A stretch of DNA of 64,000 bases from positions 22,529-86,528 of the forward strand of contig CAKVFH010000003.1 in assembly GCA_934746515.1 (NCBI GenBank). Reading direction: 5' to 3'. The translations under genes were made by a program, and so were the position numbers. This stretch comes from an uncultured Clostridia bacterium (GTDB taxonomy: Bacteria > Bacillota > Clostridia > Christensenellales > UBA1242). Shown here in pieces: positions 45,174 to 55,099 of the stretch; within the stretch, counting starts at the first letter, position 1, and every line of letters starts with the position of its first letter. A model generated the notes under the pieces. That model saw only the letters and a list, made by a program, of their open reading frames with translations. It was not told the DNA's origin and did not search any database.

Positions 45174-45908
45174 ATGTTTGAACTTACTCTGTGTTTGGAT
45201 TTTCAAAGACAAAAATACATCAGCGAGTTTTATAAAAGTTTAGTTGCAAACATAAAAAAGGATGCAGGAATCATTATAAAACATAACAGCGGGGGAAAAA
45301 GCTATTTGTCAATTGCTGTTGGCGACGACAAAAAAGAATATCTTAAGTCAAAGGTGTTGGATTTTGTGACGAATGTCATAGAAAACGATTTTAAATATAA
45401 TTTTTTTAAAGAAAGAATAGAGATAAAAACAAAGAACAATTTAACGGAAGCCTTTTTGCGTGCAATTTCGTGTTTTGATGAAGATTTTGACCGAGAAATA
45501 ATCAAACAAAATTTGGAACTTTCTGGTGAAATTGTGCTTGAAAGCTTGTTTTATTTTAAGCTTCAGTCACTTGCTCAAAGGTGGCAAAAAACTGCTGAAA
45601 TTATCAATCAAAATTTAATTATGAACAGCGACAGCTCAATGAGTGAAGTTTTGAAATATCTTTGCGCGGTGTCAGAAAACAATTCGGTTTTTGTTGATTT
45701 GTTGTTAAGCGAAAAGCAAATCGAAATGAAAAATTTTGCGTGCCACAAAAAATTTAAGAAGAACGCAGACGGCATTTCAAAAATGTTTGCTGAAATGATT
45801 AAACTTAATCCGATAAAAATAAATGTTAAAGAAAAGGATGGCGGAGATTTTCCAGAAATAACAAATGCACTTTTAAAGGTGTTTAACGATAAAATTTATT
45901 TTGTTTAA
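45174..45908 (+). CDS. YtxC-like putative sporulation protein
   Basis: 244 aa; assigned mainly from the conserved ytxC-thrS adjacency in Firmicutes. Confidence 0.55.
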   Translation: MFELTLCLDFQRQKYISEFYKSLVANIKKDAGIIIKHNSGGKSYLSIAVGDDKKEYLKSKVLDFVTNVIENDFKYNFFKERIEIKTKNNLTEAFLRAISCFDEDFDREIIKQNLELSGEIVLESLFYFKLQSLAQRWQKTAEIINQNLIMNSDSSMSEVLKYLCAVSENNSVFVDLLLSEKQIEMKNFACHKKFKKNADGISKMFAEMIKLNPIKINVKEKDGGDFPEITNALLKVFNDKIYFV

Positions 45909-45922
45909 ATTGCACATAATCA

Positions 45923-45950
45923 TTGACAAAAAAAATTATTGTAATATAAT
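45923..45950 (+). promoter_or_regulatory. sigma-A-type promoter of the thrS leader
   Basis: TTGACA, 16-nt spacer, TATAAT. Confidence 0.6.
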
Positions 45951-45956
45951 AGTATT

Positions 45957-46163
45957 GTAACACTTGTAGAACAAGTAGGTTAAAAGAACTGACCGAGAGA
46001 GAGGAAATCATGGGCTGAAAGTTTCCTTGTTAAGCTTTTAATTGAAACCAGCTACATTTTATAAAACTAAACATTTGTAATGAGGTTGAATTTTCAACGA
46101 AATAAGGTGGAACCACGATAATTTATCGTCCTTATGCTAATTTTTTGGCATAAGGATTTTTTT
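45957..46163 (+). promoter_or_regulatory. T-box riboswitch, threonine specifier (ACC)
   Basis: AGAGA box, specifier loop GAA-ACC-A (46047-49), T-box AAGGTGGAACCACG (46104-17), terminator CCTTATGC/GCATAAGG + T7 (46130-63). Confidence 0.85.
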
Positions 46164-46181
46164 ATGCCACAGGAGGAGAAT

Positions 46182-48095
46182 ATGAAAATACAATTAAGAG
46201 ATGAAGTAAGAGAATTTAATGAAGGCGTTACTGTTGCTGAAGTCGCAGCATCAATTTCTGAAGGTCTTGCAAGAGTTGCAGTTTGCGGAAAAATTGATGG
46301 CGAACTCGTTGATTTGCAATCAAAAATCAATCATGACTGTGCACTTGAAATCATCACAAACAAAAGCGAAGAATACAAAGAAGTTTTGCGTCACAGTGCA
46401 GCTCATGTTTTGGCACAAGCTGTCAAGGCTGTTTATCCAAACACAAAGTGCTGGGTTGGACCTGCAACCAAAGATGGTTTTTACTATGATTTTGATTTCA
46501 AAACACCAATCACAAATGACGATTTGAAAACAATTGAAGCAGAAATGACAAAGATTGTTAAAGCTAATTTTGATATTGTTAGAAAAGAAATTTCAAAAGA
46601 AGAAGCTATCAAGCTTATGAAAAAAGCCAACGAACCATACAAAGTTGAGCTTATTGAAGCAATGGACAAAGATGAAGTTATCACAAGCTACACTCAAGGT
46701 GACTATACTGAAATTTGCCGTGGACCACATGTTAAATCTACTGGTTTAATCAAGGCTTTCAAGCTCACAAAAATCTCTGGGGCATATCTTAAAGGCGATA
46801 GCAAAAATAAGATGCTCACAAGAATTTATGGTGTAGTTTTCGAGAAAAAGAGTGAAATGGATGAATATTTTGCAATGCTTGAAGAGGCTATGAAACGCGA
46901 CCACAGAAAACTTGGCAGAGAACTTGAGTTATTCTTCTTTGATGAAACAGCTCCTGGCATGGCATATTGGCTTCCAAAGGGTCTTATCATGTTCAACACT
47001 TTGGTTGATTATTGGAGAGGACTTCACAAAAAAGCAGGATACCATGAATTTGCTGGTCCACTTATCAATAGTTCAGTTTTGTGGAAAACTTCAGGTCACT
47101 GGGATCACTATAAAGAAGACATGTTTGTTTTGACAGATGCAGACGGCAATGAACAAGCTTTGAAGCCAATGAGCTGTCCAAACTCAATCAAAGTTTTCCA
47201 AAGCAAAGTCCGTTCATACAAAGATTTGCCACTCCGTTTGTCTGATATTGATGTTATTCACAGAAATGAAAAATCAGGTCAGCTTAATGGTTTGTTCAGA
47301 GTTAGAATGTTCCACCAAGATGACTCTCATAACTATGTAACAGAAGATCAAATTGGTTCAGAAATCAAAAACATTTTGGGGATTGCTAAACAAATTTATG
47401 ATGTTTTTGGTCTTCCATACAAGCTCACACTTTCAACTCGTCCAGATGATTTCATGGGAAACATTGAAACATGGAACAAAGCTGAAGACGAACTTAAAAC
47501 AGTGCTTAACGAAATTTGTGGTGAAAATAACTACAGAATCAATGAAGGCGACGGCGCATTCTATGGTCCAAAGATTGATATTAAAATGCAAGATTGTTTG
47601 GGCAGAGAATGGCAAATGGGAACAATTCAAGTTGACTTCCAACTTCCACAAAGATTTGATTTGTCTTACAATGACAAAGATGGCTCAAAGAAAATGCCAA
47701 TCATGATTCACAGAGCACTTTATGGTTCTTTTGAAAGATTTATCGGAATCATCACAGAACATTTTGCAGGTTCTTTCCCAACATGGATTTGCCCAGTTCA
47801 AGCAAAGGTTATTTCTGTTTCTGAAAAGAGTGCAGATTATGCACAAAAAATTGCAGACCGTTTTGATGAAATGGGAATCAGAAGCGAAGTTGATAACAGC
47901 GATGAAAGAATTGGCTATAAGATTAGACAAGCTCAAATGGAAAAAGTTCCATACATGATTATTCTTGGTGAAAATGAAGCAAACAACGGCACTGTTTCTG
48001 TTAGAAAGAGAAATGGTGAAGAAGTTAAAGACATTTCTTTTGAACAATCTTACAATATGATTAAAACTGATATTGACGAAAAGAGAGTTAAATAA
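46182..48095 (+). CDS. thrS: Threonine--tRNA ligase
   Basis: ATG 46182 after AGGAGGAG (the track start 46134 lies inside the T-box terminator); TGS, editing, class II core and anticodon domains. Confidence 0.97.
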   Translation: MKIQLRDEVREFNEGVTVAEVAASISEGLARVAVCGKIDGELVDLQSKINHDCALEIITNKSEEYKEVLRHSAAHVLAQAVKAVYPNTKCWVGPATKDGFYYDFDFKTPITNDDLKTIEAEMTKIVKANFDIVRKEISKEEAIKLMKKANEPYKVELIEAMDKDEVITSYTQGDYTEICRGPHVKSTGLIKAFKLTKISGAYLKGDSKNKMLTRIYGVVFEKKSEMDEYFAMLEEAMKRDHRKLGRELELFFFDETAPGMAYWLPKGLIMFNTLVDYWRGLHKKAGYHEFAGPLINSSVLWKTSGHWDHYKEDMFVLTDADGNEQALKPMSCPNSIKVFQSKVRSYKDLPLRLSDIDVIHRNEKSGQLNGLFRVRMFHQDDSHNYVTEDQIGSEIKNILGIAKQIYDVFGLPYKLTLSTRPDDFMGNIETWNKAEDELKTVLNEICGENNYRINEGDGAFYGPKIDIKMQDCLGREWQMGTIQVDFQLPQRFDLSYNDKDGSKKMPIMIHRALYGSFERFIGIITEHFAGSFPTWICPVQAKVISVSEKSADYAQKIADRFDEMGIRSEVDNSDERIGYKIRQAQMEKVPYMIILGENEANNGTVSVRKRNGEEVKDISFEQSYNMIKTDIDEKRVK

Positions 48096-48136
48096 ATCAA
48101 AAATGTTGCTTTACTAAAAAAAAGTTTGACAAACTG

Positions 48137-48165
48137 TTGACAAACAGGCGAGTGTGTGGTAAAAT
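48137..48165 (+). promoter_or_regulatory. sigma-A-type promoter of infC-rpmI-rplT
   Basis: TTGACA, 17-nt spacer ending TGG, TAAAAT. Confidence 0.65.
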
Positions 48166-48171
48166 ACACTC

Positions 48172-48340
48172 GTTTATTGAAGAGAAAGAACACTTTCCAC
48201 CTTCCAAATGAAAGATTTTGAGTAGGTCAAATATAATAATGCTTATACCCAATTGTCTTGGCGTGGCTTGTTCCACGCAGATTGATTTGGATTATTATAT
48301 AGTGAGTGGATTTCTTCGTAAACCACTCACTTTTTATTTT
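48172..48340 (+). promoter_or_regulatory. L20 leader-type ribosomal-protein attenuator
   Basis: Long structured leader ending in terminator AGTGAGTGG/CCACTCACT + TTTTTATTTT, directly upstream of infC, as in the B. subtilis infC operon. Confidence 0.7.
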
Positions 48341-48370
48341 CAAAAGTGAAATAAAAATTATAGGAGTAAT

Positions 48371-48898
48371 ATGGCAGTTAAGCAACAAGAAACCCAAATC
48401 AACTCGGCAATTAGAGACCCAGAAGTTAGAGTAATTGGCGCAAATGGCGAACAACTTGGAATTATGAGTTCAAGAGAAGCAAACGAACTTGCTGATAAAG
48501 CAGGCTTGGATCTCGTTAAAATTTCACCAAGTGCAGTTCCACCAGTTTGCAGAATTATGGACTATGGAAAATATCTTTTCGACAAAACAAAAAGAGAAAA
48601 GGAACAAAGAAAAAATCAAAAAATTGTTGAGCTTAAAGAAGTTCAGCTTTCAATGACAATTGAACAACATGACATTGACATTAAAGCAAAAAATGCAACA
48701 AAGTTTTTAAACAATGGCGACAAAGTTAAAGTTTCAATCAGAATGAGTGGAAGACAACAAGCTTATTTTGAAAGAGGCATCGAAACAGAAAATGCGTTTG
48801 CGCAAAGTTTGGAAGAAATCGCTGTTATTGAAAAACCTGCAAAGGTTGAGGGAAGAAACATTATCATGATTTTAGCCCCAAAAAATGCTAAAAAATAA
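48371..48898 (+). CDS. infC: Translation initiation factor IF-3
   Basis: INSAIRDPEVRVIGANGEQLG N-terminus; AGGAG RBS; 175 aa. Confidence 0.93.
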   Translation: MAVKQQETQINSAIRDPEVRVIGANGEQLGIMSSREANELADKAGLDLVKISPSAVPPVCRIMDYGKYLFDKTKREKEQRKNQKIVELKEVQLSMTIEQHDIDIKAKNATKFLNNGDKVKVSIRMSGRQQAYFERGIETENAFAQSLEEIAVIEKPAKVEGRNIIMILAPKNAKK

Positions 48899-48943
48899 AC
48901 CATATAAAACTAGAATTTAGTAGGTATTAGGAGGAATTTTATT

Positions 48944-49144
48944 ATGCCAAAACAAAAAACAAGTTCAGCCGCTAAAAAAAGATTCATCGTTCTCGCTAGT
49001 GGCAAAGTAAAAAGAGGACACCAAAACAAAAGACACTTACTTTCAAGCAAAGAAACAGGCAGAAAGAGAGCTCTTCGTCAAGGAGCTTATGTTGAAGGTA
49101 AGCAAATCAAGACAGTTAAAAATCTTGTAGGAAATCAGGACTAA
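48944..49144 (+). CDS. rpmI: 50S ribosomal protein L35
   Basis: [14 protein letters not shown]; 66 aa. Confidence 0.95.
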   Translation: MPKQKTSSAAKKRFIVLASGKVKRGHQNKRHLLSSKETGRKRALRQGAYVEGKQIKTVKNLVGNQD

Positions 49145-49161
49145 GGAAGGGGGACAGATAA

Positions 49162-49518
49162 ATGAGAGTTAAAAGAGCAGTCAACGCACACAAAAAGCGT
49201 TCTAAAATTTTAAAATCAGCTAAAGGTTATTATGGCGCAAAGAGCAAACTTTACAGAGTAGCTCGTGAAGCTGTCATGAAGAGTGGTAACTATGCTTTCA
49301 TCGGCAGAAGAAACAAAAAGAGAGATTTCAGAAGACTCTGGAATGCTAGAATTAACGCTGAAGCTAGAGTTAATGGCCTTTCATACAGCAACTTGATTCA
49401 TGGTTTGAAAGTTGCAGGTATTGAACTTAACAGAAAAGTTCTTGCAGACCTTGCAGTTTCTGATAAAGCAGCTTTTGCAAAAGTTTGTGAACAAGCTAAA
49501 AATGCACTTGCAAAATAG
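49162..49518 (+). CDS. rplT: 50S ribosomal protein L20
   Basis: [18 protein letters not shown]...; 118 aa. Confidence 0.96.
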   Translation: MRVKRAVNAHKKRSKILKSAKGYYGAKSKLYRVAREAVMKSGNYAFIGRRNKKRDFRRLWNARINAEARVNGLSYSNLIHGLKVAGIELNRKVLADLAVSDKAAFAKVCEQAKNALAK

Positions 49519-49521
49519 TTT

Positions 49522-49559
49522 AAAAAGCTTAATACTAATTGTGTTAAGCTTTTTTATTT
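49522..49559 (+). terminator. Rho-independent terminator after rplT
   Basis: AAAAAGCTTAA / TTAAGCTTTTT stem plus a T run. Confidence 0.75.
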
Positions 49560-49585
49560 GATTTATGCAAAAGGAAAGTTAAACT

Positions 49586-50365
49586 ATGGTCAATGAAATT
49601 ATTACAAGTTTAGATAACCCTATGGTAAAAGAAGCCAGAAGTTTAAATGATAAAAAATTTAGACGGAATCTTGGCATGTTTTTGGTTGATGGTGAAAAAC
49701 TGGTTTATGAAATTGTTTGCGGCGCAGGCACTGCAGACAAGATTTTTGTTGATAGTTCAAAGCTTTCACAATTTGATTATATCTTGAGTAAGTTTGACGG
49801 AAAAGTCGTTCCAGTTTCAAGCAAGGTTATGGCTAGTTTGTCTGAAAATAACACTCCACAAGGCATTGTTGCGGAAGTTAAAATGCGCGAAACTCCAGAG
49901 TTTTGCCCAGAAAAAGACGAGCCAATTTTGATTTTAGACAGAATTCAGGATCCAGGCAACATGGGCACAATCATCAGAACGGCGACAGCCACAGGTTTTC
50001 ACACAATTGTTTTGATTGACAGCGCTGATGCGTTTTCACCAAAGGTTATCAGAAGTTCATCTGGTGGTGTGTTTTATCTTGACATTTTTAGGCTCAGCCA
50101 AGACGAAATTGCAAGCTTTTGTGAAAACCATGGCATTGAGTTGTTGGTGGCTGACATGGCTGGCGAAAATATTTTTAAAACACAAATCACAAACAAGAAT
50201 TTTGCACTGGTTATTGGCAATGAAGGTCAAGGAGTTAGCGATTATTTCAAAACTCATGGAAGGGTAATTTCGCTTCCAATGAAGCCGCTGATGGAATCGC
50301 TTAATGCGGGTGTTTCGGCAAGTGTTTTGATGTATGCGCTTCTCGGAAAAGATATAAATGACTAA
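49586..50365 (+). CDS. TrmH/SpoU family RNA 2'-O-methyltransferase (YsgA-like)
   Basis: LDRIQDPGNMGTIIRTA, VIGNEGQGVS, ESLNAGVSASV SPOUT motifs. Confidence 0.88.
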   Translation: MVNEIITSLDNPMVKEARSLNDKKFRRNLGMFLVDGEKLVYEIVCGAGTADKIFVDSSKLSQFDYILSKFDGKVVPVSSKVMASLSENNTPQGIVAEVKMRETPEFCPEKDEPILILDRIQDPGNMGTIIRTATATGFHTIVLIDSADAFSPKVIRSSSGGVFYLDIFRLSQDEIASFCENHGIELLVADMAGENIFKTQITNKNFALVIGNEGQGVSDYFKTHGRVISLPMKPLMESLNAGVSASVLMYALLGKDIND

Positions 50366-50432
50366 AATTTTATTGATAAATAAAAAATAATTGTATATAA
50401 TAAAAAAGTAAATTAAGTTAGGAGGAAATTTT

Positions 50433-51170
50433 ATGAGTGGACACTCAAAATGGCACAACATTCAAGCTACCAAAGGTAAGGCTGATGCTGCGAGAGGAAA
50501 AATCTTTACAAAAATAGGTCGTGAAATTGCGGTTGCAGTTAAGTTGGGTGGCCCTGACCCTAACATAAATAGCAAACTTTATGATGTTATTCAAAAGGCT
50601 AAACAAAACAATATGCCAAACGATAACATTCAACGTTCAATCAAAAAGGCTAGTGGCGGAGAAGAAGGCGGAAACTACGATTCAATCGTATATGAAGGCT
50701 ATGGCAGCCACGGTGTTGCATTTATTGTTGAGTGCTTGACAGACAACAGAAATAGAACCGCTGCTGATGTTAGACACTTGTTTGATAAATACAATGGCTC
50801 TCTTGGAACCAGCGGAAGCGTAACATATATGTTTGACTACAAGGGCATTATCGTCATCGCTAAAAAAGATGGCGTTTCTGAAGATGATGTTATGATGGTT
50901 GCATTGGATAACGGCGCAGATGATGTTGTTTCTGATGATGAATGTTTTGAAATCATAACAGCTCCAGACACTTTGCACAATGTTGCAAAGGCTTGCGAAG
51001 CAGCAGGTTATGAAGTTGTTTCAAGCGAAGTTGAATATGTTCCACAAAATCAAATTGAGCTTGACAAAGATTCTGCAATTTCAGTAAACAAGCTTGTTCT
51101 TGCCCTTGAAGATTTGGATGATGTTCAAAATGTTTACACATCTGCAGACCTTTCAGTTTTGGATGAATAG
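50433..51170 (+). CDS. YebC/PmpR family DNA-binding regulator
   Basis: MSGHSKWHNIQ...KGKADAARGKIFTK N-terminus. Confidence 0.93.
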   Translation: MSGHSKWHNIQATKGKADAARGKIFTKIGREIAVAVKLGGPDPNINSKLYDVIQKAKQNNMPNDNIQRSIKKASGGEEGGNYDSIVYEGYGSHGVAFIVECLTDNRNRTAADVRHLFDKYNGSLGTSGSVTYMFDYKGIIVIAKKDGVSEDDVMMVALDNGADDVVSDDECFEIITAPDTLHNVAKACEAAGYEVVSSEVEYVPQNQIELDKDSAISVNKLVLALEDLDDVQNVYTSADLSVLDE

Positions 51171-51211
51171 ACTTAAATAAAATATTTTATCTTTGAAAAA
51201 TTTTAAAATGT

Positions 51212-51242
51212 AAAAACTTGCCTTAACTGGCAAGTTTTTTTG
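51212..51242 (+). terminator. Rho-independent terminator after yebC
   Basis: AAAAACTTGCC / GGCAAGTTTTT stem plus a T run. Confidence 0.75.
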
Positions 51243-51386
51243 TGCCTTTTTTATTGATATAAAATTTATTTATTGTGAGTATTAAAAATCTGAATTGATT
51301 TTTGATTGATAAATTAACTCAAAGTCTTTATAATCTCTGTAGTGTGACTTTGTTATGCAAAAATATGATTTAAAATAGGAGATTTT

Positions 51387-51590
51387 ATGAACGATAATAC
51401 AAAAATTGAAGTTGCAAAAGAAGTTATCTATGAAATTATAGGTAATGCTGTAATGAAAGAAAATTTAACAACAAACGACAAGAAACTTGTTGATTTGTTG
51501 AACCTTAAAAACGAAGTTAATAAAGGTAATATGGAAGCAATTGACTTTGTTTTAAATAACTATAAATTGGAAGAGAAGAAAGGGGTATAA
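51387..51590 (+). CDS. Small protein, putative cognate antitoxin of the downstream zeta-like kinase
   Basis: 67 aa, helical-looking, AGGAG RBS; its stop is 2 nt before the next ATG (translational coupling). Function inferred from context only. Confidence 0.45.
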   Translation: MNDNTKIEVAKEVIYEIIGNAVMKENLTTNDKKLVDLLNLKNEVNKGNMEAIDFVLNNYKLEEKKGV

Positions 51591-51592
51591 TA

Positions 51593-52576
51593 ATGGCTGA
51601 ACAAAACGAAATTATTGCTAAATTTGATATTAGCGAAGAACAAAAAGAGAAAATTTTTAATTCTATAATTCAAAACTTAACACTCGGAATTGAGCCTGTT
51701 GAAAACCCAGTTGCAGTTATTGTTGGCGGACAGACTGGTGCTGGAAAAAGTGGTCTTATGGCATATTCACACAAAATGTTCGATAACAAAGCATTTCTGG
51801 CTTATGACGGCAGTGACTATGCAGGCAGATGGATTAAAGGCAATGTTGTTCAAATTGAAGATGACGAGTTTAGAGCATATTTTCCTAATGAAAGACAAAT
51901 CGCATTAGAGCATCCAGATGAATATATTCAAATAACAAACAAACTCACAAACGAACTCACAGCAAAAATATTCCAATATTGCGCTGAAAACAAATATAAC
52001 ATCATTTTCCACCAAACTTTAAAGAACACGCGTATTGCTGATGACGGCATTGTTAAGCTTAAAGATCTTGGCTATGCAATTGTTGTTAGAGCTCTTGCAG
52101 TAAATGAATTTGAAAGCAGAATGAGCATGATTGAGAGATGTTTGGGACAAATTGAAACAAAGGGTTATTGCAGAAATGTTACAACATCGGATCATGATAA
52201 AACTTATAATGGCATGCCTGACACACTTGATTATATTGAAAAAAATAAGAGATACGACATTTTGCAAGTGTTCCAAAGGGGCAAGAAAGTTGATGAGCCT
52301 TTGATGGTTTACACAAGAATCAATCCAGAAAGCGACAAGCTTAAAATTTTGTCAACATTCCCTTATCTTCTTTCTTTTGATATGTACTTTGGTTTTGGAA
52401 GTGCAAAAGAAGCTATTGAAGAAATCCGTGAACGCGCTGGCAAAAAATTCATGGAAAATGCTGAAATAAGAATTGGCGATGCGAAAAGACAAAAGGGTAA
52501 TGAGTCTATTAAAAATCAGATAGCAGAGCTTGAAAAAAAGATTGAAAGCAAAAACCAATATAGAGCTGCTAATTAA
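51593..52576 (+). CDS. Zeta-toxin family P-loop kinase with C-terminal extension
   Basis: Walker A VGGQTGAGKSG near residue 45 and a zeta/PezT-like core of about 200 aa; an extra ~110 aa C-terminal region. Confidence 0.75.
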   Translation: MAEQNEIIAKFDISEEQKEKIFNSIIQNLTLGIEPVENPVAVIVGGQTGAGKSGLMAYSHKMFDNKAFLAYDGSDYAGRWIKGNVVQIEDDEFRAYFPNERQIALEHPDEYIQITNKLTNELTAKIFQYCAENKYNIIFHQTLKNTRIADDGIVKLKDLGYAIVVRALAVNEFESRMSMIERCLGQIETKGYCRNVTTSDHDKTYNGMPDTLDYIEKNKRYDILQVFQRGKKVDEPLMVYTRINPESDKLKILSTFPYLLSFDMYFGFGSAKEAIEEIRERAGKKFMENAEIRIGDAKRQKGNESIKNQIAELEKKIESKNQYRAAN

Positions 52577-52598
52577 ATAAAACACACCATTCAATTGT

Positions 52599-52628
52599 GA
52601 AACACATTTGTTTGGTGTTTTTATTTTG
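52599..52628 (+). terminator. Weak terminator after the zeta-like gene
   Basis: AAACAC / GTGTTT short stem plus TTTTATTTT. Confidence 0.45.
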
Positions 52629-52732
52629 CGAAATTAAATTCAGGCTTACCTTGAGATTTCAAAAACAAGCAGAATTGCGTCAAGACTTCTTTTATAATTG
52701 ACTAAATATAAATTTTGTTTACAATTATATTT

Positions 52733-53293
52733 ATGAGAATATTAGGTATTGACCCAGGTTATGCGATTGTTGGTTATGGCGTTATTGAAAAAGACAAGAG
52801 TGGCAGATGCACGGTTATTGATTATGGCGCGATAAACACGCCAAAAGAAGAAGATTTTCCAGTGCGACTTGCCATGATTTCAGACGGCATGAATGAGCTT
52901 ATGGAAAAATTCAAGCCAGATGCGGTTGCTGTTGAAGAATTATTTTTCAATCAAAACATCACAACCGGCATTGCAGTTGCTGAAGCAAGGGGAGTAATTC
53001 TTTGCACAGCTATAAAAACCGTTCCGAATGTGTTTGAATTTACTCCAATTCAAATCAAACTTGCAATCACCGGTGATGGCAAAGCTGACAAAAAAGCGGT
53101 TCAATTTATGACAAAAACCATATTAAAACTAAAATCAATACCAAAACCTGACGATGCGGCAGATGCTTTGGCGGTCGCTTTATGTTTGGCACAAACCAAC
53201 ACCAAAATTATGGAAAGCGATGTTGAAGTTTGGACAAATAATAACCTTAAAAAACGAGATATTACAGAAACAATTAAAAGGAAACTAAAATAA
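52733..53293 (+). CDS. ruvC: Crossover junction endodeoxyribonuclease RuvC
   Basis: MRILGIDPGYAIVGYGV N-terminus, DAADALAVAL C-terminal motif; no obvious SD. Confidence 0.9.
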   Translation: MRILGIDPGYAIVGYGVIEKDKSGRCTVIDYGAINTPKEEDFPVRLAMISDGMNELMEKFKPDAVAVEELFFNQNITTGIAVAEARGVILCTAIKTVPNVFEFTPIQIKLAITGDGKADKKAVQFMTKTILKLKSIPKPDDAADALAVALCLAQTNTKIMESDVEVWTNNNLKKRDITETIKRKLK

Positions 53294-53904
53294 TGATTTA
53301 TTCTTTAACTGGCAAAATTTCAATGATAGATGAAAACACAGTTGTTGTTGACACTGGCACAATCGCTTTTGAAGTGATTTGCTCGTCATACACTGCCTAC
53401 AAGCTTTCTGGCAAAACTGAACCACAAACAATTTTAACATATCTTCAAGTCCGTGATGACGGCATGAGTTTGTTTGGATTTTTTGATAAAAAAGAAAAGC
53501 TATTGTTTAATGATTTGTTGCTTGTGTCGGGTGTTGGTCCAAAAATGGCAATAACAATTTTGTCAGGGCTTCCAATTGACGAAATTATCACCGCTATAAT
53601 TTCAAGCGATGTTAAACTTTTGTCTAGCATCAAAGGGCTTGGCAAAAAAACAACCGAACGAATTGTGCTTGAGCTTAATGGCAAACTTGGTGGTGAATCA
53701 TCACTTGAAAGCTTGATTTCAAATAATGATTCAATCTCGCTTGGAACACCAGCATTAAACAAAGAAATGGAAGAAGCCTATGATGTTTTGACAAACATGG
53801 GTGTTCAAAAGGCGACAGCAACTGAAAGTGTTAAAAACAACTACACTGAAGGCATGACAAGCGAAGAACTTGTTGTTGCGTGCCTTAAAAACTTGCATAA
53901 ATAA
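53293..53904 (+). CDS. ruvA: Holliday junction helicase subunit RuvA
   Basis: LLLVSGVGPKMAITILS and IKGLGKKTTERIVLEL HhH motifs. Confidence 0.92.
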   Translation: MIYSLTGKISMIDENTVVVDTGTIAFEVICSSYTAYKLSGKTEPQTILTYLQVRDDGMSLFGFFDKKEKLLFNDLLLVSGVGPKMAITILSGLPIDEIITAIISSDVKLLSSIKGLGKKTTERIVLELNGKLGGESSLESLISNNDSISLGTPALNKEMEEAYDVLTNMGVQKATATESVKNNYTEGMTSEELVVACLKNLHK

Positions 53905-53953
53905 TAAATTTTGCAAACTAAAACAAACTTAAAATTTTACAATTGGGGGAAAT

Positions 53954-55003
53954 ATGGCAAACTTTGAAAGTAGCTTTAATAATGATAGCTATGACGAAAA
54001 CGAAAGATTTGTTTCATCATCAAAAATCAATGAAGATGATGTGGTTGAAAATATTTTAAGACCTAAAACCTTTGATGAATATGTTGGACAAAAACAGGTG
54101 AAAGAAAACTTGCTTGTTTATATTAAAGCTGCAAAAAAGCGTGGCGAACCACTTGACCATGTGCTTTTATATGGCCCACCAGGACTCGGAAAAACAACAC
54201 TTTCAGCAATTATCGCAAACGAAATGGGCACAAATTTCAAACAAACATCAGGGCCTGCAATTGAAAAGCCAGCAGACCTTGCGTCACTTCTCACAAACTT
54301 AAGTGAAGGTGATGTGCTTTTCATTGATGAAATTCACAGGCTTAACCATTCAATTGAAGAAGTTTTGTACCCAGCAATGGAAGACCATGCACTCGATTAT
54401 GTTATCGGTAAAGGACCTTCAGCAAGATCTATGAGAATTCCGCTTCCAGCATTCACACTTGTTGGTGCGACAACAAAAGCCGGCATGATTTCAAGTCCAC
54501 TTCGTGATCGTTTTGGAGTTATATGTAAACTTGAATTATATTCTCCAGACGAGCTTAAAACCATTGTGCTTCGTTCTGCAAAACTTTTGGGCAGTGAAAT
54601 TGACAGCGAATCTGCAAGTCTCATTGCTTCAAGGTGCAGGGGAACTCCGAGACTTGCAAACCGAATTTTGAAGCGTGTTCGTGATTTTGCCGATGTGTTC
54701 ACCGACGGAAAAATTGATAAAAAAGTGACTTTGCATGCACTTGAAAAAATGGATATTGACGAGCTTGGTCTTGACGGTGTCGATAGAAAGATGCTTAAAA
54801 CCATGATTGAAAATTTCAAGGGCAAACCAGTTGGTCTTGACACTTTGGGGGCAGTCACCGGTGAAGAACCAGACACTATTGAAGATGTTTACGAGCCATA
54901 TTTGATGCAAATCGGATTTATTGCAAGAACTCCAAGGGGCAGAATTCCACTTGAGCCAGCCTACAAACACCTTGGTTACAAAATCGAAGATATTTTAAAA
55001 TAA
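53954..55003 (+). CDS. ruvB: Holliday junction helicase subunit RuvB
   Basis: [12 protein letters not shown]alker A, FIDEIHRL Walker [11 protein letters not shown]. Confidence 0.97.
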   Translation: MANFESSFNNDSYDENERFVSSSKINEDDVVENILRPKTFDEYVGQKQVKENLLVYIKAAKKRGEPLDHVLLYGPPGLGKTTLSAIIANEMGTNFKQTSGPAIEKPADLASLLTNLSEGDVLFIDEIHRLNHSIEEVLYPAMEDHALDYVIGKGPSARSMRIPLPAFTLVGATTKAGMISSPLRDRFGVICKLELYSPDELKTIVLRSAKLLGSEIDSESASLIASRCRGTPRLANRILKRVRDFADVFTDGKIDKKVTLHALEKMDIDELGLDGVDRKMLKTMIENFKGKPVGLDTLGAVTGEEPDTIEDVYEPYLMQIGFIARTPRGRIPLEPAYKHLGYKIEDILK

Positions 55004-55099
55004 ATTAACAAAACTATTTTAATTTAGTTTTGGTTGTGCTAGAATTTATTGCACGACAAAAATGGTCGTCGAAAACTTGGCGACTAAATAGGAAGAACT

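Noticed and set aside
48371-48373. Looked for the non-canonical (AUU-type) start codon often used for infC autoregulation
   Set aside because: A normal ATG with a well-spaced AGGAG is present and gives a full-length IF-3. There is no evidence for an unusual start here.
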